Source of the DNA: a virus
Taxonomy: Duplodnaviria > Caudoviricetes
IMG/VR virus record: IMGVR_UViG_3300021426_000005
Reading direction: 5' to 3' (one strand)
Length of the DNA: 64,000 nt
Shown here: positions 44,241 to 54,323 of the stretch, piece after piece
Position numbering within the stretch: the first letter of the stretch is position 1
Layout of the letters: the number at the start of each line of letters is the position of its first letter
Notes under the pieces: generated by a model
What the model was told of the DNA's origin: nothing
Database searches by the model: none
What the model saw: only the letters and a program-made list of their open reading frames with translations
Translations under genes and position numbers: made by a program

Positions 44241-46499
44241 TCACTTACTTCTTCCAAGTAGAAAATCAAACAGTTCAGGATTCTTTTTCAGATCCAGTTT
44301 ACCGTCTACGATATAGTTTGAGATAGCGCGTTTATCTTCAAGTATCTGATATACACGTTCATCTACCGTGTCTTTGGAAAGTAAGGTGTATACCTTTAGT
44401 GGTTCTGTACTGCCTATACGATTTGCTCTGTCTTCTGCTTGTGTCTTATCAGCTGGTGTCCAGCAATCATCGTAAAAGATCACGTTGGTAGCAGCTGTAA
44501 GCGTAAGAGAAACACCCATAGCACCGATAGTACCAAGCATTATCTTGTACTCAGGGTTGTTCTGAAAGACCCTTTTATGTTTCTCTCTATCTGCTTCATT
44601 CATAGAGCCGGTATAGCAACAAGTCTTATACTTCTTCGATAAGAACTTGTATATAGTCCTTAGTGGATCTATCCAGTTTGAGAAGATAATGACCTTTTCA
44701 TTTCTTTCGACCACATCATCTACTAGCTCAATGAGCCGTTTCAGCTTTGCATTGCAGGCTATATACTTGTCATCGACGACTATAGTATCATCTACCAGCT
44801 CTGGACTTCCGTTGACCTGACGTAATCTGAGCATTGCCGTAAGCGGATTCAGTGTGCTGAGAATTTCTTCTCGCTGCTGATAGAGTTCTTCTACTATGGC
44901 TTCATACAGCGCTTGCTGCCGGGGAGTATTTTCAACGTATTCGGTATAATATATCTTCGGAGGGAGATCAAGAACTTCTGACTTCATTCGGCGGATCATA
45001 TTGCCTTGGAGCATATCTTTCAGAATAGGTATATTCTTGTAGCCCATTATTTCATGATCACCGTATCCGCCAAATATGCAGAACTCCCTTGACCACATAT
45101 AATAGCTTTTGAAAGCATGACCATCTACCAGCTTCAATGGTGTGAATACATCAGTAGGCTTGTTTTTGATAGGCGTACCAGTCATGGGGATCCACTGTAC
45201 AGCTTTCTCAGTTCGCTTCTTGATATCCAGTATGACCTTACCCTGAGTAGATTGTGGAGACATATTTTTGTGACATTCATCTATAGCTATCATCTGCAAT
45301 TTACCTTCGTTTATCATCTTAATGATAGCTTCCTCAAGGGTGAATATCTTTCCGACCTTAGTTCTACCAAGGGCTTCTATGTTGGTTATAAGGAAGTATG
45401 GAAGCTCAGGGGCATCTTCTTTGCCATACATATGACCGGATACAAGATCCTCTACCTTATCAGGACCTGTGGTATTGAACCTCAAGCTGCCATTGCGTTT
45501 CTTTCTTGTACCAAGAATATAGCCAATCTCCTGACCATTGGTGTGCTTTGCTATGTCTTCCTGCCAGGAATACTTAGCTGAGTTCACACAAGTAATTATG
45601 AGACAGTGCTTGTAGTTGTAGATCTTACGCTGATACATGGCGTAGTTGAGGACTTCTAAGGTCTTACCGCAGTTGTGGACCAGAATACCATTTACAAAGA
45701 AGTTCCGGTACGGATCAGCCATAACTATATCGTATGTCAATTCACAGCACAAAGGTGTCTTACTAACTACATGAGACCATGTAGGTATCATATATTCATC
45801 AACAGTAAAGACTTCCGAATCGGTAACTAAATCAGCTAGTTCTACATAGCCATTTCTGGTAAAGAATTGATGGTCTTCCGTAGCTTTTACTTTGTACCCG
45901 TTTTCAAGTTCCAGTTCGTATACAAGTTTGTATCCACTACACTTCATGTCACGGATTCGATTTTGCTTAGTTACATTATTCACTTCATCATAGGAAGAAG
46001 TTGTAAACGTATATTGCGGATTCGACTTAAATAGCCTATATAGGGTTTCCAATGGTCTAATAATACGGTGATCATTGACGTAGAAGGTGATTGAAGCATC
46101 ACCAGCTATGCAGCCCATATCATCGGCCAGTATGAAGCCATTTCTGCCCTTGCTCTTAGCGTACTTCAAGAAAGCAAGCTGGTGATCATACAGCTTGTAA
46201 CCTTCTTTAACATAATGATCCACATCAGATATATCTGCATCCGGTATCAGGTTTATATCGGTAGAATCTATAGAAGCATTCTCATTTATAGCTTCTTCCG
46301 ACTGGATCTGTAATGTACCTTCGTAAGCAGTACCTTTGATCTCGTTTAGAAGCCACCCAAGATGACCTTTTGGAATAGTCCAGTATTTGTTTTCTGGTAC
46401 CCATTTTCTGCCGGGTACATTTTTGACCATAGCTATGAGTTGGGGATCATATTTGAATTTCAGTATGTAGAGGTCATTTTCCTGAATAGCATAAAACAT
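44241..46499 (-). CDS. SNF2-family helicase (HARP-like N-terminus) with intein
   Basis: LADDMG[intein]CGKT, DECH, MTGTP, QAEDRANRIG. Confidence 0.92.
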   Translation of the reverse strand: MFYAIQENDLYILKFKYDPQLIAMVKNVPGRKWVPENKYWTIPKGHLGWLLNEIKGTAYEGTLQIQSEEAINENASIDSTDINLIPDADISDVDHYVKEGYKLYDHQLAFLKYAKSKGRNGFILADDMGCIAGDASITFYVNDHRIIRPLETLYRLFKSNPQYTFTTSSYDEVNNVTKQNRIRDMKCSGYKLVYELELENGYKVKATEDHQFFTRNGYVELADLVTDSEVFTVDEYMIPTWSHVVSKTPLCCELTYDIVMADPYRNFFVNGILVHNCGKTLEVLNYAMYQRKIYNYKHCLIITCVNSAKYSWQEDIAKHTNGQEIGYILGTRKKRNGSLRFNTTGPDKVEDLVSGHMYGKEDAPELPYFLITNIEALGRTKVGKIFTLEEAIIKMINEGKLQMIAIDECHKNMSPQSTQGKVILDIKKRTEKAVQWIPMTGTPIKNKPTDVFTPLKLVDGHAFKSYYMWSREFCIFGGYGDHEIMGYKNIPILKDMLQGNMIRRMKSEVLDLPPKIYYTEYVENTPRQQALYEAIVEELYQQREEILSTLNPLTAMLRLRQVNGSPELVDDTIVVDDKYIACNAKLKRLIELVDDVVERNEKVIIFSNWIDPLRTIYKFLSKKYKTCCYTGSMNEADREKHKRVFQNNPEYKIMLGTIGAMGVSLTLTAATNVIFYDDCWTPADKTQAEDRANRIGSTEPLKVYTLLSKDTVDERVYQILEDKRAISNYIVDGKLDLKKNPELFDFLLGRSK
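45672..46112 (-). mobile_element. mini-intein (147 aa, no endonuclease)
   Basis: CIAGDA...ATEDHQF...YDI...NFFVNGILVHN|C, inserted in Walker A. Confidence 0.92.
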
Positions 46500-46865
46500 T
46501 TACTCACCACATTTCAATAATCTTTCAGCTCTGCGTAAGTAGACGTATTCAAATAGTCCGTCACACTTACTCCGTCCTTGAGGAGTACGACAGTCTTTAG
46601 CGCACATAATGCAAGGATTTGCACAACCCCTAGCCTGAATAGTCTCGATAGCATCAGCAAGCGCCATACGAAGCTCCTTAACTAAGCTATAATGTTCGTT
46701 GAAACCAGTCATGTAGCCACGCATAAATAGATTGTTGGCTTCAACAGAATCCATCGGTTTTGCAGCTTCCAGCTTTGGATACCCTTCATCATCAAGTATC
46801 TTCCGCAGAACGTCTTCCAGCTCACTGTAGTTGTCAGCTGCCATTTTGTTGATAAGATTTTCCAT
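46500..46865 (-). CDS. hypothetical Cys-rich protein
   Basis: CIMC motif; similar to the 2-3.7 kb paralogues. Confidence 0.6.
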   Translation of the reverse strand: MENLINKMAADNYSELEDVLRKILDDEGYPKLEAAKPMDSVEANNLFMRGYMTGFNEHYSLVKELRMALADAIETIQARGCANPCIMCAKDCRTPQGRSKCDGLFEYVYLRRAERLLKCGE

Positions 46866-46874
46866 GATTTCCTC

Positions 46875-47099
46875 CTAGAATAGCTTATTTGTTTTAGCCT
46901 TAGCAGTGGCGGATTTGGTATCAGCCAGCTCCGCCACTTTAGTTACTGATGCAGATTTCCCATCGACCTTAAACTTATACCCCGCAGACACCATATCTTT
47001 TAGGATTGTGGTATCTGGAATACAGCTAGTATGCGTGGTTGTCATGACTATAGCACCAGCAGAATTGAGTACCTGAAATAGCAAGTTATCACCCCTCAC
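46875..47099 (-). CDS. small protein with NKLF tail
   Basis: Ends AKTNKLF. Confidence 0.6.
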   Translation of the reverse strand: MRGDNLLFQVLNSAGAIVMTTTHTSCIPDTTILKDMVSAGYKFKVDGKSASVTKVAELADTKSATAKAKTNKLF

Positions 47100-47691
47100 A
47101 GGCAGATTTCACATTGGCACTATATGAAAAGTATGTATCGCCGATACGAATATATGGCTGCTGATCTCCCCAGCTATGATAGCAGTCAGCTCTGAAATAT
47201 GTTACATACTCAGGGACCGTAGAACCGTAAATAGATACGTCCTTTACTGCATTGAGCGAATCCTCTGAAGCTGTGATTGTATCTAGTTCATAAGCGACAT
47301 CATACTGACCTTCTTCATAGATAACATCTACCAGCTCCGCCCCTGAGAGTATCTTCCTATTGATTACGGTACTAGCCACAGCCTTTTTGCAGGCATAGCT
47401 TTCACCCCCAGCTTCACCTTCGACCAATCTTGCCAGCATTTCCATTTCAGTGTTGGTAAGGAATGTATCCGGACTATGAATAGCCTGTCCACATTCAGGA
47501 CAACGTACATAACCATCAGGAGTTGTAGTTATTTCATGCTCAGGCTCAGGATCAACATTGAAGCCCATTGTTGTAGTGGTAAGGGCAGGCTCTGACGGAA
47601 CTGTTGTATTGAGGTGCTTTGCACATCCGATGAATACGATTGCTAATGCAACACAGCCTACAGCTGTCCTTCTTTTCTGATACTTGTTCAT
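47089..47691 (-). CDS. SleB-like cell wall hydrolase
   Basis: LARLVEGEAGGE...AVASTVINR...DVIYEEGQY; N-terminal TM. Confidence 0.85.
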   Translation of the reverse strand: MNKYQKRRTAVGCVALAIVFIGCAKHLNTTVPSEPALTTTTMGFNVDPEPEHEITTTPDGYVRCPECGQAIHSPDTFLTNTEMEMLARLVEGEAGGESYACKKAVASTVINRKILSGAELVDVIYEEGQYDVAYELDTITASEDSLNAVKDVSIYGSTVPEYVTYFRADCYHSWGDQQPYIRIGDTYFSYSANVKSACEG

Positions 47692-47885
47692 AACTTTTGT
47701 TCTCACTTTCAAAAATATATTTAAGGATAACATTTATATCTATCATCCTTATACTTACATTAACGATTGACAAAAATAAAAAGCTGAGAGTGGTGTGACT
47801 CTCAGCTTATGTTGCTTACGCAAAGACAGATTGTACAGGAGATACTAGATTGAACTTTATTTATAAACCGCACACCCGGCTTACA

Positions 47886-48755
47886 TCATTTGATAATATA
47901 GTACCAGTCGGTACCACCGAGATAACCAGTCCCCAATCCGTTAGCCTTCTGGAAGCTCTTGATAGCAGTCATAGTGTTGACACCGGCCTTACCATCAGCA
48001 ATACCACAATTGAAGCCTTTATTGTTCAGACGTTCTTGAACCCAACGAACTAGAGGACCAAAGTCGCCACGCTCAATGGTAAATTTCTTGCAGACTTCAT
48101 AAGTCTTAGGTCCGGCATAACCATCAATCGCAATAGCATAGCCCTTATTTCTGAGGATCTGCTGAAGCTCCTTGATCTTAGCATCATACCTATTAGAATA
48201 AACAAATGATGCTGTACTCTTATCCTTGGTATTTATCTTAGTTATAGGTGTAGGAGTGATGACTTCTCCGATAGCTGCCTTGACAGCATCACGACTGAGC
48301 TTGTAGTAGCTGTAGAAATCTGATGTAACTGTACTGTACCCGTATAGCTCATTTCCTCTATAGATTCTACCCTTCATATCAAGGTGGATCCAAGCATAAT
48401 CTGATGTAATGTTGGCTATACCCTTGAAACCGAGATCCTGAGCTATACAGGACAGTATTTTAGTGCTGATAGGCTTATCGTTTTTATCATAGAAACAAAT
48501 ATCTGCCGCATAGCCACCCACATGAGGACCATAGCCACTGCCAAGAACTGCACGATCATGTGTTGCACATCTATGACCGGAGCTGATTATGGCTTTGGAG
48601 CACTTAACTTTTGTATATAGCATTTCAAGCATAGATACCAGTTCATCGGAAACATAGATATTATGTGTCTTACCACACTTGCATCTGAACTCACGGACGT
48701 TGAAATGCGCTGATAGTTGCACATTTGAATTATAGGGATATATGCGAACTCCCAT
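47886..48755 (-). CDS. endolysin: peptidase M15 plus peptidoglycan-binding domains
   Basis: LSAHFNVREFRCKC, SGHRC..H, H..G.AADI, IHLD; DGYAGPKT and DGKAGVNT. Confidence 0.88.
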   Translation of the reverse strand: MGVRIYPYNSNVQLSAHFNVREFRCKCGKTHNIYVSDELVSMLEMLYTKVKCSKAIISSGHRCATHDRAVLGSGYGPHVGGYAADICFYDKNDKPISTKILSCIAQDLGFKGIANITSDYAWIHLDMKGRIYRGNELYGYSTVTSDFYSYYKLSRDAVKAAIGEVITPTPITKINTKDKSTASFVYSNRYDAKIKELQQILRNKGYAIAIDGYAGPKTYEVCKKFTIERGDFGPLVRWVQERLNNKGFNCGIADGKAGVNTMTAIKSFQKANGLGTGYLGGTDWYYIIK

Positions 48756-48766
48756 TATTCAACACC

Positions 48767-49285
48767 TCACTTAATATCGGAAACGTTTATCCAACCAGCA
48801 AGTTTGGCAAGATTACCGATACCGGCTTCCTGCTCAGTAACCGGAAGTCTGCCAGTCACTTCTTCCTTGTCCCAGAAGTAATACCTACCACGGATCTGCT
48901 GGATAGGCTTATTTGATACAGAAGTCTTATAGATGAATATAGGCTTGTCTATATCAACATAGTTCTTAGTCTCTTCCTTTGTAAGCTGTTCTTCTGCTTC
49001 TGAAGCTACTTCCGCTGTTTTATCCTCTATAGCCACAGTTTCAGCCGGATCGAATGTCTTCTCTTCATCCGATATTTCCGGAAGCGGACCGGAGTTTTCA
49101 GGAACAGCTGTCTCTTCAACAGTAACAGTTTCCTCTGCCTTAGTCTTACCGCCTCTCTTCCGTGTGCGCTTCTTAGGTTTTTCTTCAGCAGAAGTTGTAG
49201 CTTCATCAACAGTTACACCAGTAACCTCAACTTCATCTGTAGTCAGACCAAGTATATCATTAGTCATATAAGGTACCTCCTTCAA
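48767..49285 (-). CDS. hypothetical protein (low-complexity N-terminus, SH3-like C-terminus)
   Basis: E/T-rich; ends GWINVSDIK. Confidence 0.6.
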   Translation of the reverse strand: MKEVPYMTNDILGLTTDEVEVTGVTVDEATTSAEEKPKKRTRKRGGKTKAEETVTVEETAVPENSGPLPEISDEEKTFDPAETVAIEDKTAEVASEAEEQLTKEETKNYVDIDKPIFIYKTSVSNKPIQQIRGRYYFWDKEEVTGRLPVTEQEAGIGNLAKLAGWINVSDIK

Positions 49286-49685
49286 TAAGCTGATGCCAGA
49301 GCATACGGGTCAACACCCTGACCCTTGCTCTTTTACCGCCATCGGTTATACTATTATATATATAATAAAGGTTATTTCTTTTCTTACTTTCATAAAAGCT
49401 GTCATATACAGCATTCTGTACTTCTACATCATCAATATAACAGAACATTTCACGGATCTCTTTAGCTTCATATTCATCACTGAAGTAGCACCTATGTTCA
49501 GGTACAGTGCCACACATGATATGAGTAATAGCTTCCGAATGCAGTATTTTATCATTGTACTGAGAAGCCAACTCCCGGGCTTCACGCTGCACCTTCTGCA
49601 CAATACCATAGATATTCCCTGACTTTTCAAGATACCGTCTGAAACCAGCATCTTTATCAAAGCCCATTACATTTTCTCCTGACAT
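49260..49685 (-). CDS. hypothetical protein
   Basis: ORF in operon. Confidence 0.6.
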   Translation of the reverse strand: MSGENVMGFDKDAGFRRYLEKSGNIYGIVQKVQREARELASQYNDKILHSEAITHIMCGTVPEHRCYFSDEYEAKEIREMFCYIDDVEVQNAVYDSFYESKKRNNLYYIYNSITDGGKRARVRVLTRMLWHQLIEGGTLYD

Positions 49686-50107
49686 ATAGGACCAATTCCA
49701 AGCTCAATGGAATCTGGGTTGGTCAATGGTCTACCACATCTAGCACAAACACCCTCATGGAATAAGTGCATACGTTCATCGGAATATCCCGGCTTGAGCA
49801 TCAGCTTCAGAATAAATGCTACCCCCTTTACAATAGATGAAGTAATGGGAAATTTAGAAGCCTTAGTAAGCTGGAACTGCTTGTTCTTGTACATACCAAC
49901 ATAGACCCACTCGTTACCGTCTACAAGGGTGAACACACATAATGTATCTTCACCTTCTTTGCGAAAATTAGGTGCTGAAAACTGGTATGTATGATGTACT
50001 CCGGAGCTGGACTGCAAGGTTACAGTACCATGTCCTCCGGTAATATAATCGTAGATCCTATCGTTTCCGACAAGTTCATGTCTCATTGTTTCTTTCACTG
50101 CAAACAC
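49667..50107 (-). CDS. DUF6011-type protein
   Basis: CARCGRPLTNPDSIELGIGPIC. Confidence 0.8.
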   Translation of the reverse strand: MFAVKETMRHELVGNDRIYDYITGGHGTVTLQSSSGVHHTYQFSAPNFRKEGEDTLCVFTLVDGNEWVYVGMYKNKQFQLTKASKFPITSSIVKGVAFILKLMLKPGYSDERMHLFHEGVCARCGRPLTNPDSIELGIGPICQEKM

Positions 50108-50163
50108 CTTCCTTTTGGAATATTGATCATATGCTTACAGTTACCTTAACGATTGTCAGAAAT

Positions 50164-51186
50164 TTAACAGTATTGTTTCAATCTGAAATCCGAAATCTCC
50201 TTCAGCCCACGGATCATACGGTCTATCTCAAACTGCATATCATGGCTGAAATTCGGATAAAAGAAATTCAATGTATCGACATAGGCATCAATAGCATCGA
50301 ATATCTTTCCAGTACCGATAGATTCTATCTGCGGTGAATGTGGTGACGTAAGGTCACAATCTTCAAACCACATACCGCTTTGCACCCCATATGGTGAAAC
50401 TACGCTATTGCAGTTCTGGACTATCCACAGACCTATCTGGTTTACATCAGTCTGAGACATATATAGCAGATCCCCAGTGATGCTGAATAGGTGCTCATTA
50501 AAAGCAGAATCCCAATGGAATACCTGAGCTTCCATATTGAACTTCACAGCTGCACAGAGCATCTGATAAAGCGAATCCAAGGTAAGTTGATCTCCGGCCA
50601 TAGCCTCATCAAGAGAACTTATGTCCAGCTCCTCCCCCTCATCTATAATAGAGTATGAAGTGAGTTCTTCTGGGATCGCTTCAATGAATTCATTGGTATC
50701 CAATAAAGTATCAAGCACAGCAGTAGCTTCTCTGAAATCATAGTTTGCAGTTATACCGCATAGCCTGATATCCACTTCTGTAGCAGATACCACTTTTTGC
50801 AGTGACACACGAAGCTCTTTAGATGAAGTGATACCGAATGACTTCTTCAAGTCATCATCTATCAGCTTATCATATGCCTGATTTAGCTTGGTTTCAAAAT
50901 CATCGGCCTTTATCTTTTTGAAAGTCATGGGTTTGCTGTTAATATCGGTGACAAGCACACTCATATTGATAAGTCCGTCACCTAGATCTTCCACTTCGAC
51001 CCAGGTAGGTATCTTGTTCTTATACATGATAGGAAGTCTTACTTTGCCACTACCAAGGTCTTCCGCAGTACCCATCTTTAAGTTTTTCTTAGCTTCACCC
51101 GAACTAAGATACTTGAATATCTTCTCCGAGATTCCTTTAAGAAAATTCAGTGCATCTTTGATAGCACCAGCTTCTATCTTTTCCAT
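50164..51186 (-). CDS. head-region protein, possibly ferritin/Dps-like C-domain
   Basis: QVFHW motif and helical C-terminus; internal ITSS/VVSA linker. Confidence 0.5.
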   Translation of the reverse strand: MEKIEAGAIKDALNFLKGISEKIFKYLSSGEAKKNLKMGTAEDLGSGKVRLPIMYKNKIPTWVEVEDLGDGLINMSVLVTDINSKPMTFKKIKADDFETKLNQAYDKLIDDDLKKSFGITSSKELRVSLQKVVSATEVDIRLCGITANYDFREATAVLDTLLDTNEFIEAIPEELTSYSIIDEGEELDISSLDEAMAGDQLTLDSLYQMLCAAVKFNMEAQVFHWDSAFNEHLFSITGDLLYMSQTDVNQIGLWIVQNCNSVVSPYGVQSGMWFEDCDLTSPHSPQIESIGTGKIFDAIDAYVDTLNFFYPNFSHDMQFEIDRMIRGLKEISDFRLKQYC

Positions 51187-51254
51187 AAATTCCTCCTGAT
51201 AGCAAAACGGCCCCCATTGGTCGGGGGCGGCTTTGAATTATTACAGCTGATAGA

Positions 51255-51590
51255 TTACTTGCGAGGGAGCTTGCGAACGGATCTGCCAGCGCCCATAGGC
51301 TTTCTCGCCTTTGTGGAAGCAGATACTTTACGCATATCCTTGCGAGGTCTGGAAGAAGCCTCAAGAATCTCCTCATCACCCTCAGCTTCACAAGTGTACT
51401 CTTCATCACCTACAGCAAAGGTAACTGTGTTCTCGTCTACAGTAACCTCAACATCTTCACCGGTGATCTCAGCGATAAGCTGTGCAGCATCCTCTGTCTC
51501 AAGAAGAAGCTCAGAAGCCTCTGGTGCAACCTCAGTCTCAGCCATTACACGGCGATTTCTTGAAGGGATACCCTTTTTACGAATCTGCAT
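51255..51590 (-). CDS. acidic head-associated protein with basic tags at both ends
   Basis: RRVMAE N-terminus; RKVSASTK C-terminus. Confidence 0.7.
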   Translation of the reverse strand: MQIRKKGIPSRNRRVMAETEVAPEASELLLETEDAAQLIAEITGEDVEVTVDENTVTFAVGDEEYTCEAEGDEEILEASSRPRKDMRKVSASTKARKPMGAGRSVRKLPRK

Positions 51591-51605
51591 AAAACAGTCC
51601 TCCTT

Positions 51606-52316
51606 TTAATTGATTATTACAAGTTTGCTCTTTTTCGGACCTAGTTCACCACGGATAGCTTCCAACTCAGCATTACCTTCATTGAGAAGTATTTCTCCGT
51701 CAAGTGTAACATTAGATCCTTCTATTGTATACTTAGACCTTGATCTACCTAATGCAACTTTGGCATAGGCCAAGGAAAGGCGGATCAGATAATTGATCCA
51801 TGTATTATTGGTTATTTCCGACACATCAGTGAACTGCGGTACATAGCTTACTGTTACCACAGCAGGCTTTGGATCCCTTATAGCAAGGTATACACACTGA
51901 TTAGGTAAATCATAGTTCCACTGAAAATCAGTAGCTAGTGTGTTTCGTACTTGAGCTAATGCAAGCTCCGTCATGATAGGGTCGATGTTCAAAGTGGATC
52001 CTTGTCCGAAACCATTTGAAACATTGACTGCTGCCGCAACCTGAAACACATTACCTGATTCAATAGAAGTAAGATTCAATCCGAGTTTAGGATAAGCTGG
52101 ATAAACAGCTAGTACCCTCACAGTATTTATACCTAATTTCGGAAGATCAAGCCGTGTCGAAAACGGAACTGTTTTCTGTACAGGTGTCTTCATGTAGCGT
52201 TTCAATTCCTGAAAGGCAATCAGCACAGCCTGTTCCAGATCCAGCTCCTCCACATTCTTATTTGTGGGGAAGCCTAATTGGAAGCTGATCTGAGCTACAA
52301 TTTCCTGTATTGTCAT
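51606..52316 (-). CDS. neck/head-completion protein (T4 gp13-like)
   Basis: C-terminal LGRSRSKY...VTLDGE.LL.EG..EL. Confidence 0.65.
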   Translation of the reverse strand: MTIQEIVAQISFQLGFPTNKNVEELDLEQAVLIAFQELKRYMKTPVQKTVPFSTRLDLPKLGINTVRVLAVYPAYPKLGLNLTSIESGNVFQVAAAVNVSNGFGQGSTLNIDPIMTELALAQVRNTLATDFQWNYDLPNQCVYLAIRDPKPAVVTVSYVPQFTDVSEITNNTWINYLIRLSLAYAKVALGRSRSKYTIEGSNVTLDGEILLNEGNAELEAIRGELGPKKSKLVIIN

Positions 52317-52366
52317 ACACTAACTCCCCCACAACAAGAATTTAACTACTATTCGCCGATCAATGG

Positions 52367-52759
52367 TTATGAAGCAAGTACAGCAGTTACAGTGAAGCCC
52401 TGATCTGCCAGAGCCTTACCAGCTTCCATGTAGTAGAATGCTTCCATGTAGCTGTCAACTGTGAACTCAACCTTCTTGGCACCGGTAGGCTTATCATCAC
52501 TGTCAAGCACATCTTCGCCGATAACAGCCAGCTTGAACTGAGCCAGAGGTACAGGGAATGGGAAAGAAGTATCAGCATAAGGGTCCATAAGATCGATCTT
52601 GCCGAAGCCGAGCACATTTGTATCGTATACTGTGCCAGCATATGCTTCTGTATCAATGTAAGAATTGGTAGGCAGGAAGATACTGCACACAGGGGCTACG
52701 AAAGGAAGTGACTCAGGAGCCTGTACACCAGCATATGTTATAGTAATATTGTATGCCAT
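52367..52759 (-). CDS. putative virion structural protein
   Basis: Immediately downstream of the capsid gene; highly-expressed codon style. Confidence 0.55.
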   Translation of the reverse strand: MAYNITITYAGVQAPESLPFVAPVCSIFLPTNSYIDTEAYAGTVYDTNVLGFGKIDLMDPYADTSFPFPVPLAQFKLAVIGEDVLDSDDKPTGAKKVEFTVDSYMEAFYYMEAGKALADQGFTVTAVLAS

Positions 52760-52840
52760 AGTAGATTACCTCCATTTGGATTTTATTTAATGCTGTCCCA
52801 CCAGTCAAGGCAGGACAGCAAGCATTGATGTTGCGTTGGA

Positions 52841-54307
52841 TCAGAAAGTGCCGAGGATACGTCCGGATACAACGGAAGCGGGGTTTACAACCTCCATTGC
52901 AAGCATTGTGCCGTAACCCTGCTGTACGCTTGCGTTGGCAAGTGTTACGGGTGCAGTCTCTGTGAAAGGCATATATTCACCAAACAGAGCACTGTTTCTG
53001 CGAATGTCGTTGCTCTTGCAGCCCATTACCCACTTGTTAGGATCATAGTTAGGATCAACAATAACGTTGAACTGATCCAGAGTACCGAGCTTGTAAGGAC
53101 CTACAGTGTCTTCCAGAGAAGCAGACTTGAAGCCGTTGATCATCTTCATGTAAGAAGCTACGTTAGTACCAGCAATGATCCAGTTAGGTCTTGCGATATG
53201 TGTCTCATTGTAGATAGAAGAAGCTGCCTGGTCAAGTTTGAGCTTGAACATATTCAGGTAGTCAGAAGGCATTACTGCTGTCTGAACAGGTGCAGCATCC
53301 CAGTTGTACTGAGGCTTGTAAGAAGCAGCCTGAGCCAGCTTCTGGAAGCCCATTGTGTTGATCTCAGCGGTCATTTCGCTGAAAGCGGCTTCCTTGCTCA
53401 TATCAGCTACAGAAGCGCCGTATTCATTCTGTGCAGCGAAAGCACTGTATACAGACCAGTAGCAAGCCAGCTCCTTGACCTCAGCAACAAGGTTGATCTC
53501 GTCAAGCTGGAGGTAGCCCTTACCCATCTGAGCGCCGTACTCACCGTCAGCGTTAGGACCAACAGTCTCATTGTCGTACTGATATGTAGCCTTTACTGTG
53601 TCGCCAGCTGTAAGTGTTACTGCGGAGCTGAATGTGATAGCACCTGTGCTGTAGTCGATAGTACCAGCGGCAGCACCAGCAGCTGTTACGATATTGCCGG
53701 CACCGTCATCTGTGTAAGCAGTTGTTGTACCGCTGATGTCAGTTACGATTGTTACAGAGCCGGGAAGTACAGGGAGATATGCGAGGCTGCCTGTTGTGAA
53801 TGCACCAGCAGCAGACTCAACAATCTCATTCTTGACAACTCTGCCAGTGAAGTTGGGATCGATACCCTGACGGTTTACGAATGGGCTGCTGAGGATTGTT
53901 CCCTTCTGAGTCTCACCCTTGGTGTTCTCAGTGATGAACTTGAAGTAAGGGATCAGCTGCTGTCTGCTCTTCATTGCTACTGAACCGAAAACGTCAAGGA
54001 TCAGGAGCTTCTGAACGAACATAGGAAGCAGTTCAAGGAAGTCAGGTCTTGCAGCGATATTGGATGTATTTGTAGCACCCATGATGCTTGCTCTTGTACG
54101 GCAGTTGTTTGTGATCTGACGAGCGAACTGTGCCTGCTCAGGTGTCAGACCTGCGAAATTAGCCTTGATTGCTGTATTTGCTCTTCTTGCCTGTCTATTC
54201 TGAATACCAGATGTGATGCTGGTGCTTGCAGTTACAGGTCTACGTCCCATAGGGCGATTAGCCTTGGCAGAAATGCCGGTAGGACGGAATGTCTTCTTGA
54301 TTGCCAT
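52841..54307 (-). CDS. major capsid protein (T4 gp23-like)
   Basis: L.C.WS...A...YG.......SEMTAEIN, NWIIAG, G.L..F.V.VDP, GEYMP; follows the protease. Confidence 0.85.
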   Translation of the reverse strand: MAIKKTFRPTGISAKANRPMGRRPVTASTSITSGIQNRQARRANTAIKANFAGLTPEQAQFARQITNNCRTRASIMGATNTSNIAARPDFLELLPMFVQKLLILDVFGSVAMKSRQQLIPYFKFITENTKGETQKGTILSSPFVNRQGIDPNFTGRVVKNEIVESAAGAFTTGSLAYLPVLPGSVTIVTDISGTTTAYTDDGAGNIVTAAGAAAGTIDYSTGAITFSSAVTLTAGDTVKATYQYDNETVGPNADGEYGAQMGKGYLQLDEINLVAEVKELACYWSVYSAFAAQNEYGASVADMSKEAAFSEMTAEINTMGFQKLAQAASYKPQYNWDAAPVQTAVMPSDYLNMFKLKLDQAASSIYNETHIARPNWIIAGTNVASYMKMINGFKSASLEDTVGPYKLGTLDQFNVIVDPNYDPNKWVMGCKSNDIRRNSALFGEYMPFTETAPVTLANASVQQGYGTMLAMEVVNPASVVSGRILGTF

Positions 54308-54323
54308 AATCTTATCACTCCTA

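Noticed and set aside
53198-53983. 261-aa plus-strand ORF
   Set aside because: Antisense shadow of the codon-biased capsid gene; most other plus-strand ORFs in the track are likewise shadows.
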